A stretch of 62,692 nucleotides of DNA from Candidatus Paenalcaligenes intestinipullorum (lineage in GTDB: Bacteria; Pseudomonadota; Gammaproteobacteria; Burkholderiales; Burkholderiaceae_B): positions 1 to 62,692 of the forward strand of contig DWUQ01000152.1 in NCBI GenBank assembly GCA_019120675.1, in the 5' to 3' direction. Shown one piece after another: positions 40,502 through 51,237 of this stretch. Position numbers and translations under genes: made by a program. The notes under the pieces are model-generated. The model had not been told where the DNA came from. It worked only from the letters and a program-made list of their open reading frames with translations, and did no database searches. Position 1 is the stretch's first letter. The number at the start of each line of letters is the position of its first letter.

Positions 40502-41731
40502 ATGGCTATTACTGAAGTACTTGTTCCTCAATTGTCCGAGTCCGTGTCTGAGGCCACTCTCTTAGAGTGGAAAAAACAGCCTGGCGAAGCCGTCAGTGCG
40601 GATGAAATCCTGATCGAGGTAGAGACTGACAAGGTCGTGCTTGAGGTGCCTGCCCCCGCTTCCGGTGTACTCACCGAAATCGTCAAAGCCGATGGCTCTA
40701 CGGTCACTGCTGGGGAAGTGTTGGCACGCATTGATACCGAAGCCAAAGCGGGCGCCTCCAGCGCCTCTAGCGAGGCTAAGGATGAGGTCTCTACTCAAGA
40801 CGACACACCTGCCCGTGCAGCCGCTACAAAGTCTGACGATAAAACCACCACGATTGCTGCAGCGTCTCCTGCCGCTGCGAAAATTCTTGGTGAAAAGGGC
40901 GTAGATGTCGAAAACGTAACCGGTTCGGGCCGTGGCGGTCGCGTGACCAAAGCCGATGCGCAGCGTGCTCAAGCTGGGGTAGCCAAAGCGCCTGCCGCTG
41001 ACACCTCTGCACCCAGCTTATCGCTAGATGGTCGTCCCGAACAGCGCGTGCCTATGAGTCGCTTACGTGCGCGTGTGGCCGAGCGGTTGCTGCAGTCACA
41101 ACAAGAAAACGCCATTCTCACCACCTTTAACGAAGTCAATATGCAAGCCGTCATCGACGTGCGTAAAAAATACCGCGATGTCTTTGAAAAGGAACACGGT
41201 GTTAAATTAGGCTTTATGTCGTTCTTTGTGAAAGCAGCGGTGGCGGCACTCAAAAAGTACCCCATCGTCAACGCTTCGGTGGATGGTAAAGACATTATTT
41301 ATCATGGTTACTTTGACATCGGGATTGCCGTTGGCAGCCCCCGTGGCTTAGTGGTGCCAATTTTGCGTAATGCCGACCAACTGTCTATCGTGGAAATTGA
41401 GCAGCAAATTGCCGAATACGGTAAGCGCGCCCAAGACGGCAAGCTCACCCTCGAAGAGCTAACAGGCGGGACCTTCTCGATCTCGAATGGTGGCGTATTT
41501 GGGTCGATGCTCTCAACACCGATTATCAACCCGCCACAATCTGCTATTTTGGGTATTCACGCCACCAAAGAGCGTGCAGTCGTTGAAAATGGTGAGATTG
41601 TCATTCGTCCCATGAACTACTTGGCGTTGTCGTATGATCACCGCATTATTGATGGCCGTGAAGCGGTCCTAGCTTTGGTCACGATGAAAGAAGCGCTTGA
41701 AGACCCACAACGCTTGTTGCTGGATATCTAA
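40502..41731 (+). CDS. sucB: Dihydrolipoamide succinyltransferase E2
   Basis: Lipoyl ETDKV, E3-binding GSGRGGRV, and catalytic YDHRIIDG. Confidence 0.98.
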   Translation: MAITEVLVPQLSESVSEATLLEWKKQPGEAVSADEILIEVETDKVVLEVPAPASGVLTEIVKADGSTVTAGEVLARIDTEAKAGASSASSEAKDEVSTQDDTPARAAATKSDDKTTTIAAASPAAAKILGEKGVDVENVTGSGRGGRVTKADAQRAQAGVAKAPAADTSAPSLSLDGRPEQRVPMSRLRARVAERLLQSQQENAILTTFNEVNMQAVIDVRKKYRDVFEKEHGVKLGFMSFFVKAAVAALKKYPIVNASVDGKDIIYHGYFDIGIAVGSPRGLVVPILRNADQLSIVEIEQQIAEYGKRAQDGKLTLEELTGGTFSISNGGVFGSMLSTPIINPPQSAILGIHATKERAVVENGEIVIRPMNYLALSYDHRIIDGREAVLALVTMKEALEDPQRLLLDI

Positions 41732-41869
41732 TTCACACTATATTTACTGTGCAGGCGTCGTCGGCCAGGTGCTCGTTTCACACTGGCCGACGTGCTTTCT
41801 GCCCTGTACCAGTGGCGTTATGATTTAATTTCGAGACGTTACTGTTGAACCCGTGTAAAGGAAACACAA

Positions 41870-43297
41870 ATGGCAAAACAATTTGATGTGGTGGTAATTG
41901 GAGCGGGGCCTGGTGGCTATATTGCCGCCATCCGTGCCGCTCAGTTGGGTATGTCGGTCGCCTGCGTGGATGCATGGACCAATGCCAAAGGTAAAGCCGC
42001 TCCGGGTGGCACATGCACCAATGTGGGTTGTATACCTTCTAAAGCGTTGTTGCAGTCGTCCGAGCATTACGAACAAGCCGAGCACCACTTTGCTGAGCAC
42101 GGTATCGAGGTCAAAGGGCTTAGCCTCAAGCTCGACACCTTATTAGGTCGCAAAGACACAGTGGTGGATCAAAACAACCAAGGAATTTTGTACTTATTCA
42201 AGAAAAATAAAGTCTCTTTTTTCCATGGTACGGCTCGCTTTAATGCCAAAGTTGATGCCGGATGGTCTGTCAAAGTCGACGGTCCAGATGCCGAGGAGTT
42301 GATCGCCAAACATGTGGTGGTGGCAACGGGCTCTTCAGCGCGTGCATTGCCTGATTTACCTTTTGACGAAGAGCAAATTCTATCCAATGATGGCGCTCTG
42401 CGTTTACCCAAAGTCCCCAAGCGCCTTGGCGTGATTGGTGCGGGTGTGGTGGGCTTAGAGTTGGGCAGCGTTTGGCGTCGTTTGGGGGCAGAGGTCACTA
42501 TCCTCGAAGGCGCGAGCGAGTTTTTACCCGCAGCCGATCGTGATGTGTCCAAAGAAGCCCTTAAAGCCTTTACCAAGCAAGGCTTAACCATTCAGTTGGG
42601 GGCGAAGGTCACCGAGGTCAAAACCAGTGCCAAGCACGTTAAGGTTAAATACACCGACAGCAACAATGACGAACAAAAGCTCGAAGTGGATCGTTTGATT
42701 GTCGCCATTGGACGTGTGCCGAATACGGATGGTCTAGGGGCTGAAAGCATCGGCTTAAAGCTGGATGACCGTGGTTTTGTACAGGTGGATGACGACTGCC
42801 GCACCAACCTGCCCAATATCTGGGCAGTTGGCGATGTGGTGCGTGGCCCCATGTTGGCGCACAAAGCCGAAGAAGAAGGCGTCGCGGTTGCGGAGCGTAT
42901 GGCGGGGCAACAGCCTCATGTCAACTTTGACACCATCCCTTGGGTGCTTTATACCTCGCCCGAAATTGCTTGGGTAGGCAAAAACGAGCAGCAGCTCAAA
43001 AAAGAAGGCAAAGACTACCGTGTAGGAAGCTTTCCTTTTATGGCCAATGGCCGAGCGCGAGCGTTGGGTAACACCACGGGGTTTGTAAAGATCCTTGCGG
43101 ACACCAAAACGGATGAGGTGCTTGGCGTGCATATTATTGGGCCTACAGCCTCCGAGCTGATTGCCGAGGCGGTGGTGGTGATGGAATTCCGAGGAGCCTC
43201 CGAGGACATCGCGCGTATTTGCCATGCGCACCCCACCTTATCTGAAGCGATGAAAGAGGCCGCACTGGCCGTAGACAAACGTGCGTTAAACTTCTAA
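41870..43297 (+). CDS. lpdA: Dihydrolipoamide dehydrogenase E3
   Basis: GAGPGGY, GGTCTNVGCIP and HAHPTLSE motifs. Confidence 0.98.
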   Translation: MAKQFDVVVIGAGPGGYIAAIRAAQLGMSVACVDAWTNAKGKAAPGGTCTNVGCIPSKALLQSSEHYEQAEHHFAEHGIEVKGLSLKLDTLLGRKDTVVDQNNQGILYLFKKNKVSFFHGTARFNAKVDAGWSVKVDGPDAEELIAKHVVVATGSSARALPDLPFDEEQILSNDGALRLPKVPKRLGVIGAGVVGLELGSVWRRLGAEVTILEGASEFLPAADRDVSKEALKAFTKQGLTIQLGAKVTEVKTSAKHVKVKYTDSNNDEQKLEVDRLIVAIGRVPNTDGLGAESIGLKLDDRGFVQVDDDCRTNLPNIWAVGDVVRGPMLAHKAEEEGVAVAERMAGQQPHVNFDTIPWVLYTSPEIAWVGKNEQQLKKEGKDYRVGSFPFMANGRARALGNTTGFVKILADTKTDEVLGVHIIGPTASELIAEAVVVMEFRGASEDIARICHAHPTLSEAMKEAALAVDKRALNF

Positions 43298-43364
43298 CGT
43301 TACTTGTGTTGTCGGCTTTTAGGCAGGCTACGGCTTGCCTTTTCATTTTTAAGGGCGTTAGGGT

Positions 43365-44456
43365 ATGAATGTGCTGGACTCGTATCAGGCTGCGTTAGCG
43401 CAGCGTGGTTATCAAGCGGATAACGCGCAATGTGCAGCGGCGGAACGTTTGCAGGAGTTTGCTGAGGCGCTCATTACTAGCGAGCAAGCGCAAAGCTCAA
43501 TCTTAAAACGTTGGTTTCATAAAGGGGTGCCCCCTAAGGGCGTCTACCTATGGGGTGGTGTAGGGCGCGGCAAAAGCTTTCTAATGGAAATCTTTTATCA
43601 AGCTGTACCCATTCAACGCAAAACCCGTCTGCATTTCCATGAGTTTATGCGTGGTGTGCACCAACAGCTGCACGAATTACGCGGTAAGAGTGATCCCTTA
43701 GACAGCGTTGCCCAACACATTGCGCAAAAATACGCGCTGATTTGTTTTGACGAGTTTCATGTGTCGGATATTGCGGACGCCATGATCCTTTATAAGCTCT
43801 TGTTGGGGTTGTTTGAGCATGGGGTAAGTTTTGTGATGACCTCCAACTACCCGCCCCAAGACTTATACCCCGATGGTCTGCATCGTGATCGAATTCTTCC
43901 TGCTATTGCGTTGATCCAAGAGCGCTTGGATGTGCTGAATGTGGATACTGGAGTGGATTATCGACGCCGTAGCCTAGAACAAGTCCCCCGTTATCTAACC
44001 CCCAACAATGCCGCGGCCCAAGCCCAGTTGCAGGCTTTGTTTGACCAATTGGCCGAAGGTGACCCATTAGACCCAATCATTGAAGTGGAAAATCGACCTT
44101 TGCATGCCATTGCGCGAGCAAAAACGGTGCTCTGGGCTAGCTTTCACGAGCTGTGCGAGCAGCCGCGCTCGCAAAATGACTACTTGGATTTGGCCGCTCA
44201 GTATCAGGCAATTATTCTGTCGGATGTGCCCAAGCTCACCCCGCGAGACGCTTCCGCGGCTCGGCGCTTTACGTGGTTAGTGGATGTGCTGTATGACCAT
44301 CACATTCAGCTCATTATCGCAGCGGACTGTCCAGCCGACGAGCTGTATACGCAAGGGCCTCAAGCCACTGAGTTTCACCGTACCGTTTCACGGTTGGTGG
44401 AAATGCAGTCCAAAGCGTATGTGGCTTTACCCCCCCGGCAGGCCGTTAGCTTATAA
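43365..44456 (+). CDS. zapE: AFG1-family ATPase ZapE
   Basis: YLWGGVGRGKS, CFDEFHV, TSN and RTVSRLVEMQ motifs. Confidence 0.93.
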   Translation: MNVLDSYQAALAQRGYQADNAQCAAAERLQEFAEALITSEQAQSSILKRWFHKGVPPKGVYLWGGVGRGKSFLMEIFYQAVPIQRKTRLHFHEFMRGVHQQLHELRGKSDPLDSVAQHIAQKYALICFDEFHVSDIADAMILYKLLLGLFEHGVSFVMTSNYPPQDLYPDGLHRDRILPAIALIQERLDVLNVDTGVDYRRRSLEQVPRYLTPNNAAAQAQLQALFDQLAEGDPLDPIIEVENRPLHAIARAKTVLWASFHELCEQPRSQNDYLDLAAQYQAIILSDVPKLTPRDASAARRFTWLVDVLYDHHIQLIIAADCPADELYTQGPQATEFHRTVSRLVEMQSKAYVALPPRQAVSL

Positions 44457-44522
44457 GACTTTGTATAGAGCCGTATAATTGCTCCTTCTATTTTAATTCT
44501 TTAACCCATATTGTGTGAATCT

Positions 44523-45845
44523 ATGAGCAAAAGCACGCGTGTATTGACGGGCATCACCACCTCCGGTATTCCTCATCTCGGTAATTATGCGGGTGCCATT
44601 CGCCCCGCCATCGAAGCCAGTCAACAGCCTAGTAACGACGCTTTCTTTTTTATGGCGGATTACCACGCTTTGATTAAATGTGATGATCCCGAGCGCGTCG
44701 CGCAGTCACGCTTGGCGATTGCGGCCACTTGGCTAGCAGCGGGTTTGGATCCAGAGCGCGTGACCTTTTATCGGCAGTCAGATATTCCTGAGATTCCAGA
44801 GCTAAATTGGTTACTGAGCTGCATGACCGCTAAAGGCCTAATGAATCGTGCGCACGCGTACAAAGCCGCGCAGGATCATAATGAAAGCCGTGGCGTAGAG
44901 CTGGATGAGGGCATTAGTATGGGGCTGTTTTCCTATCCTGTGCTGATGGCGGCGGATATCCTAATGTTTAATGCTCAACAGGTTCCCGTGGGGCGCGATC
45001 AAATTCAGCACATTGAAATGGCCCGTGATATTGCTCAGCGATTTAACCATCACTATGGCCAAGGCAAAGAGTTTTTTGTGTTGCCACAAGCGTTGATTGC
45101 CGAGCATGTGGCGACGTTGCCCGGCTTGGATGGACGGAAAATGTCTAAAAGCTACGACAACACGATCCCCTTATTTGAAGGGGGGAGTGCAGCTTTAAAA
45201 CAAGCGGTAATGCGGATTGTGACGGACTCTAAGCAGCCTGGCGAAGCCAAAGACCCTGACAGCACTATGTTGACCCAGCTGTACGCCGCGTTTGCGCAGC
45301 CCGATCAATTGGCCGCTTTTCGTGCCGCTTTACAAGACGGCATCGCTTGGGGGGAAGCCAAACAGCAGTTGTACCAGTTACTGGAAAATCTCTTGGCGCC
45401 CATGCGGGAAGAGTACGAGCGGTTAATGCAGCAACCCCAAGAAATCGAAGACATCTTGCAAGAAGGCGCACGTAAAGCGCGTGCCGAAGCGCAGCCTCTG
45501 ATGGCTCGTCTGCGTGAGGCAGTCGGTCTACGGTCGCCCCGACAGACGACGTCTACGCAAGGGAGCACACAGCACAAGGCTGCCAAGGCTCGTTTTGTGA
45601 GTTTCAAAGAAGGGGATTGGTTCAAATTCCGTTTATTGGATGCGCAAGGCGAAGAGCTCTTGTGCTCCGAGCCTTTTAGTGATCCCCGCGCTGCGGGCTT
45701 AGCGCAAAAGCATCTGCGTGAGCGGGGGGCTCAGGACGTACAAACTGTCGAGCAGCAGGCACAGATTTTGATCGAAGGGCGCTGCATTGCGCAATTCCCA
45801 ACCAGCCGATTGGCAGCGGTGCAGGCAGCCTTAGCGTCTTTATAA
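44523..45845 (+). CDS. trpS: Tryptophan--tRNA ligase with a C-terminal extension
   Basis: [20 protein letters not shown] and KMSKS motifs, plus about 100 extra C-terminal residues. Confidence 0.95.
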   Translation: MSKSTRVLTGITTSGIPHLGNYAGAIRPAIEASQQPSNDAFFFMADYHALIKCDDPERVAQSRLAIAATWLAAGLDPERVTFYRQSDIPEIPELNWLLSCMTAKGLMNRAHAYKAAQDHNESRGVELDEGISMGLFSYPVLMAADILMFNAQQVPVGRDQIQHIEMARDIAQRFNHHYGQGKEFFVLPQALIAEHVATLPGLDGRKMSKSYDNTIPLFEGGSAALKQAVMRIVTDSKQPGEAKDPDSTMLTQLYAAFAQPDQLAAFRAALQDGIAWGEAKQQLYQLLENLLAPMREEYERLMQQPQEIEDILQEGARKARAEAQPLMARLREAVGLRSPRQTTSTQGSTQHKAAKARFVSFKEGDWFKFRLLDAQGEELLCSEPFSDPRAAGLAQKHLRERGAQDVQTVEQQAQILIEGRCIAQFPTSRLAAVQAALASL

Positions 45846-45987
45846 GATACGTTTATAAAAGTTGATAAGCCCTACAGGTGATTAAGCGAAAACCCAAGCG
45901 AGCGCTGCTCAGTATGGATGAGCAGTGTTATCGATAGATCATCCTTAGTAATAAAGCGCGTTATCCGTACAGAACGCTTCCGAGTAT

Positions 45988-46019
45988 AAAAAAGGGCCCA
46001 TGATATTGGGCCCTTTTTT
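45988..46019. terminator. Bidirectional intrinsic terminator
   Basis: A6-GGGCCCA...TGGGCCC-T6. Confidence 0.85.
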
Positions 46020-46031
46020 GTGGTCGTAAGG

Positions 46032-46562
46032 TTAATCATCCAGGCGATTGGCTGGCAAGCCTACGCGTTGGCAAACGTCTAAAAATGTTTCCACCTGCGC
46101 TTTTTTGACTAAGGCAAGTTGAAATTCACATTCGTAATGCTGACCAAACTCGATAAGCTCATAGTGCGGGTAATGCTGAGCCAGCTGCGCAGCGGCCCAA
46201 TCATAAAAGCCCTCTACATCACTAAACGGACAGTTTTCGTAGGGGAAATCAGGCAGCTGACTGTCTTCGAAGACATTTTGTACTTCCTCCCATAACGTAT
46301 CGACGTGATCCGCAATGAATAACAGATCCTCAAGCTCAATGCCAATCACCAACGCCAAGTTGTGTTCGGGTTGGCGTTGAGCCAAACGGACCGCCTCGGC
46401 CCCATACAAACGCTTTAAAACGTTTTCTGGGTCGGTACTGGCTTCAAGCGCAATATCTGCAATCGCGTTGGCTTCATTATCATCCAGCTCATCGTCAGCT
46501 AAAAAATCAATTAAAGCCGCCAGCTCATCACGAGTAGGTAAAGAAGAAGTCGTCATAAGCAC
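46032..46562 (-). CDS. Hypothetical acidic protein downstream of tex
   Basis: 176-aa ORF 1 nt after the tex stop and followed by a terminator; no family recognised. Confidence 0.7.
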   Translation of the reverse strand: MLMTTSSLPTRDELAALIDFLADDELDDNEANAIADIALEASTDPENVLKRLYGAEAVRLAQRQPEHNLALVIGIELEDLLFIADHVDTLWEEVQNVFEDSQLPDFPYENCPFSDVEGFYDWAAAQLAQHYPHYELIEFGQHYECEFQLALVKKAQVETFLDVCQRVGLPANRLDD

Positions 46563-46563
46563 C

Positions 46564-48936
46564 TCATTGTTTTAGGCGCGCAAAGGCAGCTGCCATTGCG
46601 TTATTGTTGGGGCGAGCCTCGGCAGCTTTTCCAGCTGCGCGGGGGGCGTTGGTACGAGGCGGTCGATTTGTGCGGGGCGCGCCGGGCGCTGTGTTCTTGG
46701 AGCCCATAGAGGCAGCGTCATCCTGCAAGCGCATACTTAAGCCAATCCGCTTACGGTCTACGTCAACCTCGAGAACTTTGACTTTAACGGTTTGGCCGAC
46801 TCGGACTACATCACGCGGATCGCTAACAAATTTATCAGCTAATGCAGAAATATGCACGAGGCCATCTTGATGCACGCCTACATCCACAAACGCGCCAAAG
46901 TTTGCCACATTCGTCACCACGCCCTCCAGCACCATGCCAGGCTGCAAGTCTTTGATAGATTGTAAACCCTCCATGAACTGAGCGGTTTGAAACTCGGGGC
47001 GTGGGTCACGACCTGGCTTTTCAATTTCAGAGAAAATATCCTGCACCGTCGGCAGGCCAAACTGCTCGTCGGTAAAGTCATTGGGCGACAAGCCTTTTAA
47101 GGCACCACTCTGTCCCATCACTTGCTGCGCGGATTGCTGTAAGCGCGCTAAGATTTTTTGTGCAACGGGGTAGGCTTCAGGGTGCACCGCGGAGGCATCC
47201 AGTGGGTTATCACCATTTGCAATGCGCAAAAAGCCTGCGGCTTGCTCAAAGGCTTTAGGCCCAAAACGCGGCACCTCCAAGAGCTGCTTGCGTGTTTTGA
47301 AAGCCCCATGCTGATTGCGCCAAGCCACAATGTTTTGTGCCAAGCTGCTGTTTAAACCCGACACGTGCATCAATAGAGGACTGGACGCTGTATTGAGGTC
47401 GACACCAACCGCGTTCACACAATCCTCGACCACGGTTTCTAAGCTACGAGCCAGCTCGCGCTGATTCACATCATGCTGATACTGACCGACGCCAATGGCT
47501 TTGGGATCAATTTTTACCAGTTCGGCTAAAGGGTCTTGGAGGCGTCGCGCAATGGAGACCGCACCGCGCAAGCTCACATCCAAATCAGGAAACTCCTTGG
47601 CGGCTAATTCTGAGGCCGAGTAAACCGACGCGCCTGCCTCGGAAACTGTGATACGTGTAAAGGTTAAGTTGGGGTACAAGGATGCGACTTCGGTCACCAA
47701 CGCTTCTGTTTCACGAGAGCCTGTGCCATTGCCCACCGCGACCAGCTCGATTTGATGTTGCTGGATCAGCTTGGCCAGGCTTTTGATGCTGCCACTACGA
47801 TCGCGCCGAGGCTCGAAGGGGTAAATGGTGGTGGTGTCAAGCAGCTTGCCCGTCGCATCAATGGCCGCCACCTTGACGCCGGTACGAATGCCAGGGTCCA
47901 GCCCTAAGACCGCTTTAGGACCAGCGGGTGCAGCTAAAAGTAAATCACGCAAATTTGCCGCAAAAACGCGCGTGGCTTCGTGTTCGGCTTCTTCGCGCAA
48001 ACGGGTAATCAGCTCCGTCTCAAAGCTTGTCAACAAGCGTACCCGCCAAGTCCAGCGGCACACCTCGCCATACCACTGGCCACGTGCGGTGGCGGTGGGG
48101 CTAAAGTCTGCTTCGCGGCACACAAGCTCCGCTACTTTGGCCACACATGGGTGGGGGTGCAAGGCTTCTTGCTCTTCAGACAGACCGATACGCAAGCTTA
48201 ATACCCCTTGTTGACGGCCACGTAATAACGCCAAGGTACGGTGCGAGGGGAGTGTAGCCAAGCGTTCTTGAAAATCAAACCAATCGCGAAAGTTTGCCCC
48301 TTCATTTTCTTTGCCTTCGACGACTTGGGAAATTAATAACCCCTGTTGCCACAGTTGCTCGCGCAAAGCGGTTAAAAGCTCAGCATTCTCTGCATACGTT
48401 TCAGCCAAAATATCACGTGCGCCATCCAAAGCAGCTTTGGCCGTATCAAACGGTGCGTCACCGGTATAGTCAGCCGCCAGAGTTAAGGGCTCTGCGGTGG
48501 GTTGCTCAGCAATCGCATTTACCAAACCGTCCAGACCAGCCTCGCGAGCGATCTGAGCGCGAGTACGGCGTTTGGGTCGGTAGGGTTTATATAGGTCTTC
48601 TAAGCGCTGCTTGGTGTCCGCGGCATTAATTTCCTGCTCTAACTCAGGGCTAAGCTTATTTTGCTGCTCAATCGAGTCTAAAATGCTGATACGGCGCGCC
48701 TCAAGCTCACGTAAATACACCAAGCGTACTTCTAAGTCACGCAACACACCGTCATCCAGGCCGCCAGTCGCTTCTTTACGATAGCGCGCAATAAACGGCA
48801 CCGTAGAGCCTTGGTCCAGTAATTCCACCGCAGCTTGGGCTTGGGCGAAACGAATGCTTAGCTCCTGCGTTAAAAGGGTTAAAATACGTGCTTCATCCAC
48901 CGCACGGGCAGAGCCTTGAGTCAGGGTATCGGTCAT
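46564..48936 (-). CDS. tex: Tex-family RNA-binding transcription accessory protein
   Basis: TVPFIARYRKE, GLDPGIRTG, IGVGQYQHD, HhH repeats and a C-terminal S1 domain (FGAFVDVGVHQDGLVHIS). Confidence 0.95.
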   Translation of the reverse strand: MTDTLTQGSARAVDEARILTLLTQELSIRFAQAQAAVELLDQGSTVPFIARYRKEATGGLDDGVLRDLEVRLVYLRELEARRISILDSIEQQNKLSPELEQEINAADTKQRLEDLYKPYRPKRRTRAQIAREAGLDGLVNAIAEQPTAEPLTLAADYTGDAPFDTAKAALDGARDILAETYAENAELLTALREQLWQQGLLISQVVEGKENEGANFRDWFDFQERLATLPSHRTLALLRGRQQGVLSLRIGLSEEQEALHPHPCVAKVAELVCREADFSPTATARGQWYGEVCRWTWRVRLLTSFETELITRLREEAEHEATRVFAANLRDLLLAAPAGPKAVLGLDPGIRTGVKVAAIDATGKLLDTTTIYPFEPRRDRSGSIKSLAKLIQQHQIELVAVGNGTGSRETEALVTEVASLYPNLTFTRITVSEAGASVYSASELAAKEFPDLDVSLRGAVSIARRLQDPLAELVKIDPKAIGVGQYQHDVNQRELARSLETVVEDCVNAVGVDLNTASSPLLMHVSGLNSSLAQNIVAWRNQHGAFKTRKQLLEVPRFGPKAFEQAAGFLRIANGDNPLDASAVHPEAYPVAQKILARLQQSAQQVMGQSGALKGLSPNDFTDEQFGLPTVQDIFSEIEKPGRDPRPEFQTAQFMEGLQSIKDLQPGMVLEGVVTNVANFGAFVDVGVHQDGLVHISALADKFVSDPRDVVRVGQTVKVKVLEVDVDRKRIGLSMRLQDDAASMGSKNTAPGAPRTNRPPRTNAPRAAGKAAEARPNNNAMAAAFARLKQ

Positions 48937-49079
48937 GAATGAGGGTAATGCCTATAGTGATCAAAAACGCCTACGTACTGTAGACAGCTGTCCTGCTAGA
49001 CCATAGCAGTTATGGTCGCGTTAAACGATTAATTGCTCTGATTATAATTGTCAGAGTGCAGATTGAAAGACAAACTACG

Positions 49080-51137
49080 ATGCTAAGCTTAGAACTTGAC
49101 GATGTTTTTGCCGATGGCGGCCCATTGGCCGAAGCCGCGTCGCGCTACCACTTACGCCAAGGTCAACTCGAGCTGGCTCGTTCCATTGCTAAAGCCATTG
49201 ATCAGCACGAAACCCTCATCGCCGAGGCGGGCACCGGCACTGGCAAAACATGGGCGTATTTAGTTCCTGTATTTTTAAGTGGCGCCAAAGCGCTGATCTC
49301 TACCGGTACCCGCACCTTGCAGGATCAGTTGTTTCATCGTGACTTACCGCATATCCGCAAGGCCTTAAAGCTGCCTTTGCAAACGGCGTTACTCAAAGGA
49401 CGCAGTAATTACGTTTGTCATTATCATTTAGAGCGTGCCGAGGTGGACTTGCCAGCTTTTGGGTTCAGTAGCCGTACGGATATTATGCGCTTGCGCGATA
49501 TTCGTCTGTTTGCGGACCGCAGCCAAACGGGCGATAAGGCCGAGCTATCGGATATCCCCGAGGAGGCTGGTATCTGGTCAAGGGTAACGTCTACCCGTGA
49601 AAACTGCCTCGGCCAAGAGTGCCCATTTATCAACGATTGCTTTGTGCTCAAAGCGCGTCGTCGTGCCCAAGAGGCGGATATTGTGGTGGTGAACCATGCG
49701 CTGTTTATGGCGGATTTGGCCTTACGCGAAGAAGGGATCACCGACTTGTTGCCCGAAGTCGATACGGTCGTTTTTGACGAAGCCCACCAATTGCCAGACG
49801 TGGCCACTCGTTTTTTAGGCACTGTGATTTCGTTGCACCAAATTATGGACTTGGCGCAGCAAATTGAAGCCGCTGGCTTGGCACATGCCCGAGGGGTGGT
49901 GCCCGACTGGGGGGCGGTATCCGGCAAAATTGATACCGCCTGCAAGGCTTTACGGCTCAGTACCATTGAGTTGGGTAAGCAAGCGGGCGGCCGCGCCACC
50001 TTTGATGCCATTCCTAATGCAGAAGCCTTTGATAGTGCACTCGAAGACCTGCTGGAAACCCTGGATCGAGCTATTAAGATTTTAGAGCTGATTGCGGAAA
50101 AGCATCCCGATTTAGATGCGGCCTACAAGCTAGCCATTCGCTTACGGGCAACTTTATTTTTGTGGAGCCAGCCCGATCGACAAGGCCGTCACGCGTTGAT
50201 GCCCGACAAAACGGCCGAAGAGCTTAAGGCCGAAAGCGCCGAGGAGGTCGTGCGTTGGATCGAAGCGACTACTCATTCTCTGCGTTTTCATAGCGCGCCT
50301 TTATCGGTGGCCAAGATTTTCTCTCGCTATCGGCAGCCGCATCAAGCCTGGGTCCTTACTTCGGCCACTTTGTCGGTGTATGGCAACTTTGCCCATTTTG
50401 TGCATCAGCTCGGTCTATGGGAGGCCCGTACAGAGGTCTGGCCGTCCCCCTTTGATTATCCTAATCAAGGCCTGCTGCTGGTCCCTAATCAATTACCGGT
50501 TCCCAGTGCCCCACAGTTTAACGAGGCTTTTGTTGAGTTGCTCGTACCCTTAATTCAAAAAACCCCTGGAGGGGTTTTAGTATTGTGTACGACGTTGCGA
50601 GCGGTAGACCGCATTGCTGATTTACTAGAGGAAGCCTTCGAAGAGTTCAGCATTCAGCGGCCTTTATTGCGTCAAGGGGAGCGTTCGCGTCGAGTGTTAT
50701 TAGAGGCGTTCCAACAAAGCCATAATACGGTCTTAGTTGGCAGCGCCAGCTTTTGGGAAGGCATTGATGTGCCGGGTGATGCCTTGACGCTAGTCGCCAT
50801 CGACAAGTTACCTTTTGCCCCACCTGATGATCCGGTGCTCGAAGCCCGCATCAAAGCTTGCCGAGAGCGCGGGGGCAATCCGTTTATGGAGTATCAGCTG
50901 CCCGATGCGGCCATTGCCCTAAAACAGGGTGCAGGGCGCTTAATTCGCACCGAACAAGACTGGGGCGTATTGGTCGTGGGTGATTCCCGAATTGTTGATA
51001 AACACTATGGCAAGCTGCTGTGGCGCGGCCTGCCTGCTTTTACTCGAACGCGCGATCCACAGCGAGCGGCGCAGTTTTTTGAAGAGCGCAAGTTAACGGC
51101 AACGTCCACCACCAAAACAAAAACCGCTGTACGCTAA
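49080..51137 (+). CDS. DinG/YoaA-family ATP-dependent DNA helicase
   Basis: EAGTGTGKT, Fe-S cysteines, DEAH, SATL, FWEGID and QGAGRLIR motifs. Start ATG 49080 (ORF track 49056). Confidence 0.93.
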   Translation: MLSLELDDVFADGGPLAEAASRYHLRQGQLELARSIAKAIDQHETLIAEAGTGTGKTWAYLVPVFLSGAKALISTGTRTLQDQLFHRDLPHIRKALKLPLQTALLKGRSNYVCHYHLERAEVDLPAFGFSSRTDIMRLRDIRLFADRSQTGDKAELSDIPEEAGIWSRVTSTRENCLGQECPFINDCFVLKARRRAQEADIVVVNHALFMADLALREEGITDLLPEVDTVVFDEAHQLPDVATRFLGTVISLHQIMDLAQQIEAAGLAHARGVVPDWGAVSGKIDTACKALRLSTIELGKQAGGRATFDAIPNAEAFDSALEDLLETLDRAIKILELIAEKHPDLDAAYKLAIRLRATLFLWSQPDRQGRHALMPDKTAEELKAESAEEVVRWIEATTHSLRFHSAPLSVAKIFSRYRQPHQAWVLTSATLSVYGNFAHFVHQLGLWEARTEVWPSPFDYPNQGLLLVPNQLPVPSAPQFNEAFVELLVPLIQKTPGGVLVLCTTLRAVDRIADLLEEAFEEFSIQRPLLRQGERSRRVLLEAFQQSHNTVLVGSASFWEGIDVPGDALTLVAIDKLPFAPPDDPVLEARIKACRERGGNPFMEYQLPDAAIALKQGAGRLIRTEQDWGVLVVGDSRIVDKHYGKLLWRGLPAFTRTRDPQRAAQFFEERKLTATSTTKTKTAVR

Positions 51138-51153
51138 AAAGCGTACAGCGGTT
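51121..51153. terminator. Hairpin overlapping the helicase stop
   Basis: AACCGCTGTACGCT / AGCGTACAGCGGTT inverted repeat between convergent genes. Confidence 0.55.
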
Positions 51154-51237
51154 GAGTAAGCGATAAAAAGGCAGTCTAGGTAATGGCTTTTGAGCTGCCC
51201 TTTGAGACCTAACAACAGTGTCTCGATGTTAATGCAC

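Noticed and set aside
44449-44460. TATAAGAC half-match to the TCA palindrome upstream of trpS (similar near 45836-45848)
   Set aside because: Only a half-site, overlapping a stop codon; likely chance.
48960-49020. Possible LexA box upstream of the DinG-family helicase
   Set aside because: The CTG...CAG spacing does not fit CTG-N10-CAG.
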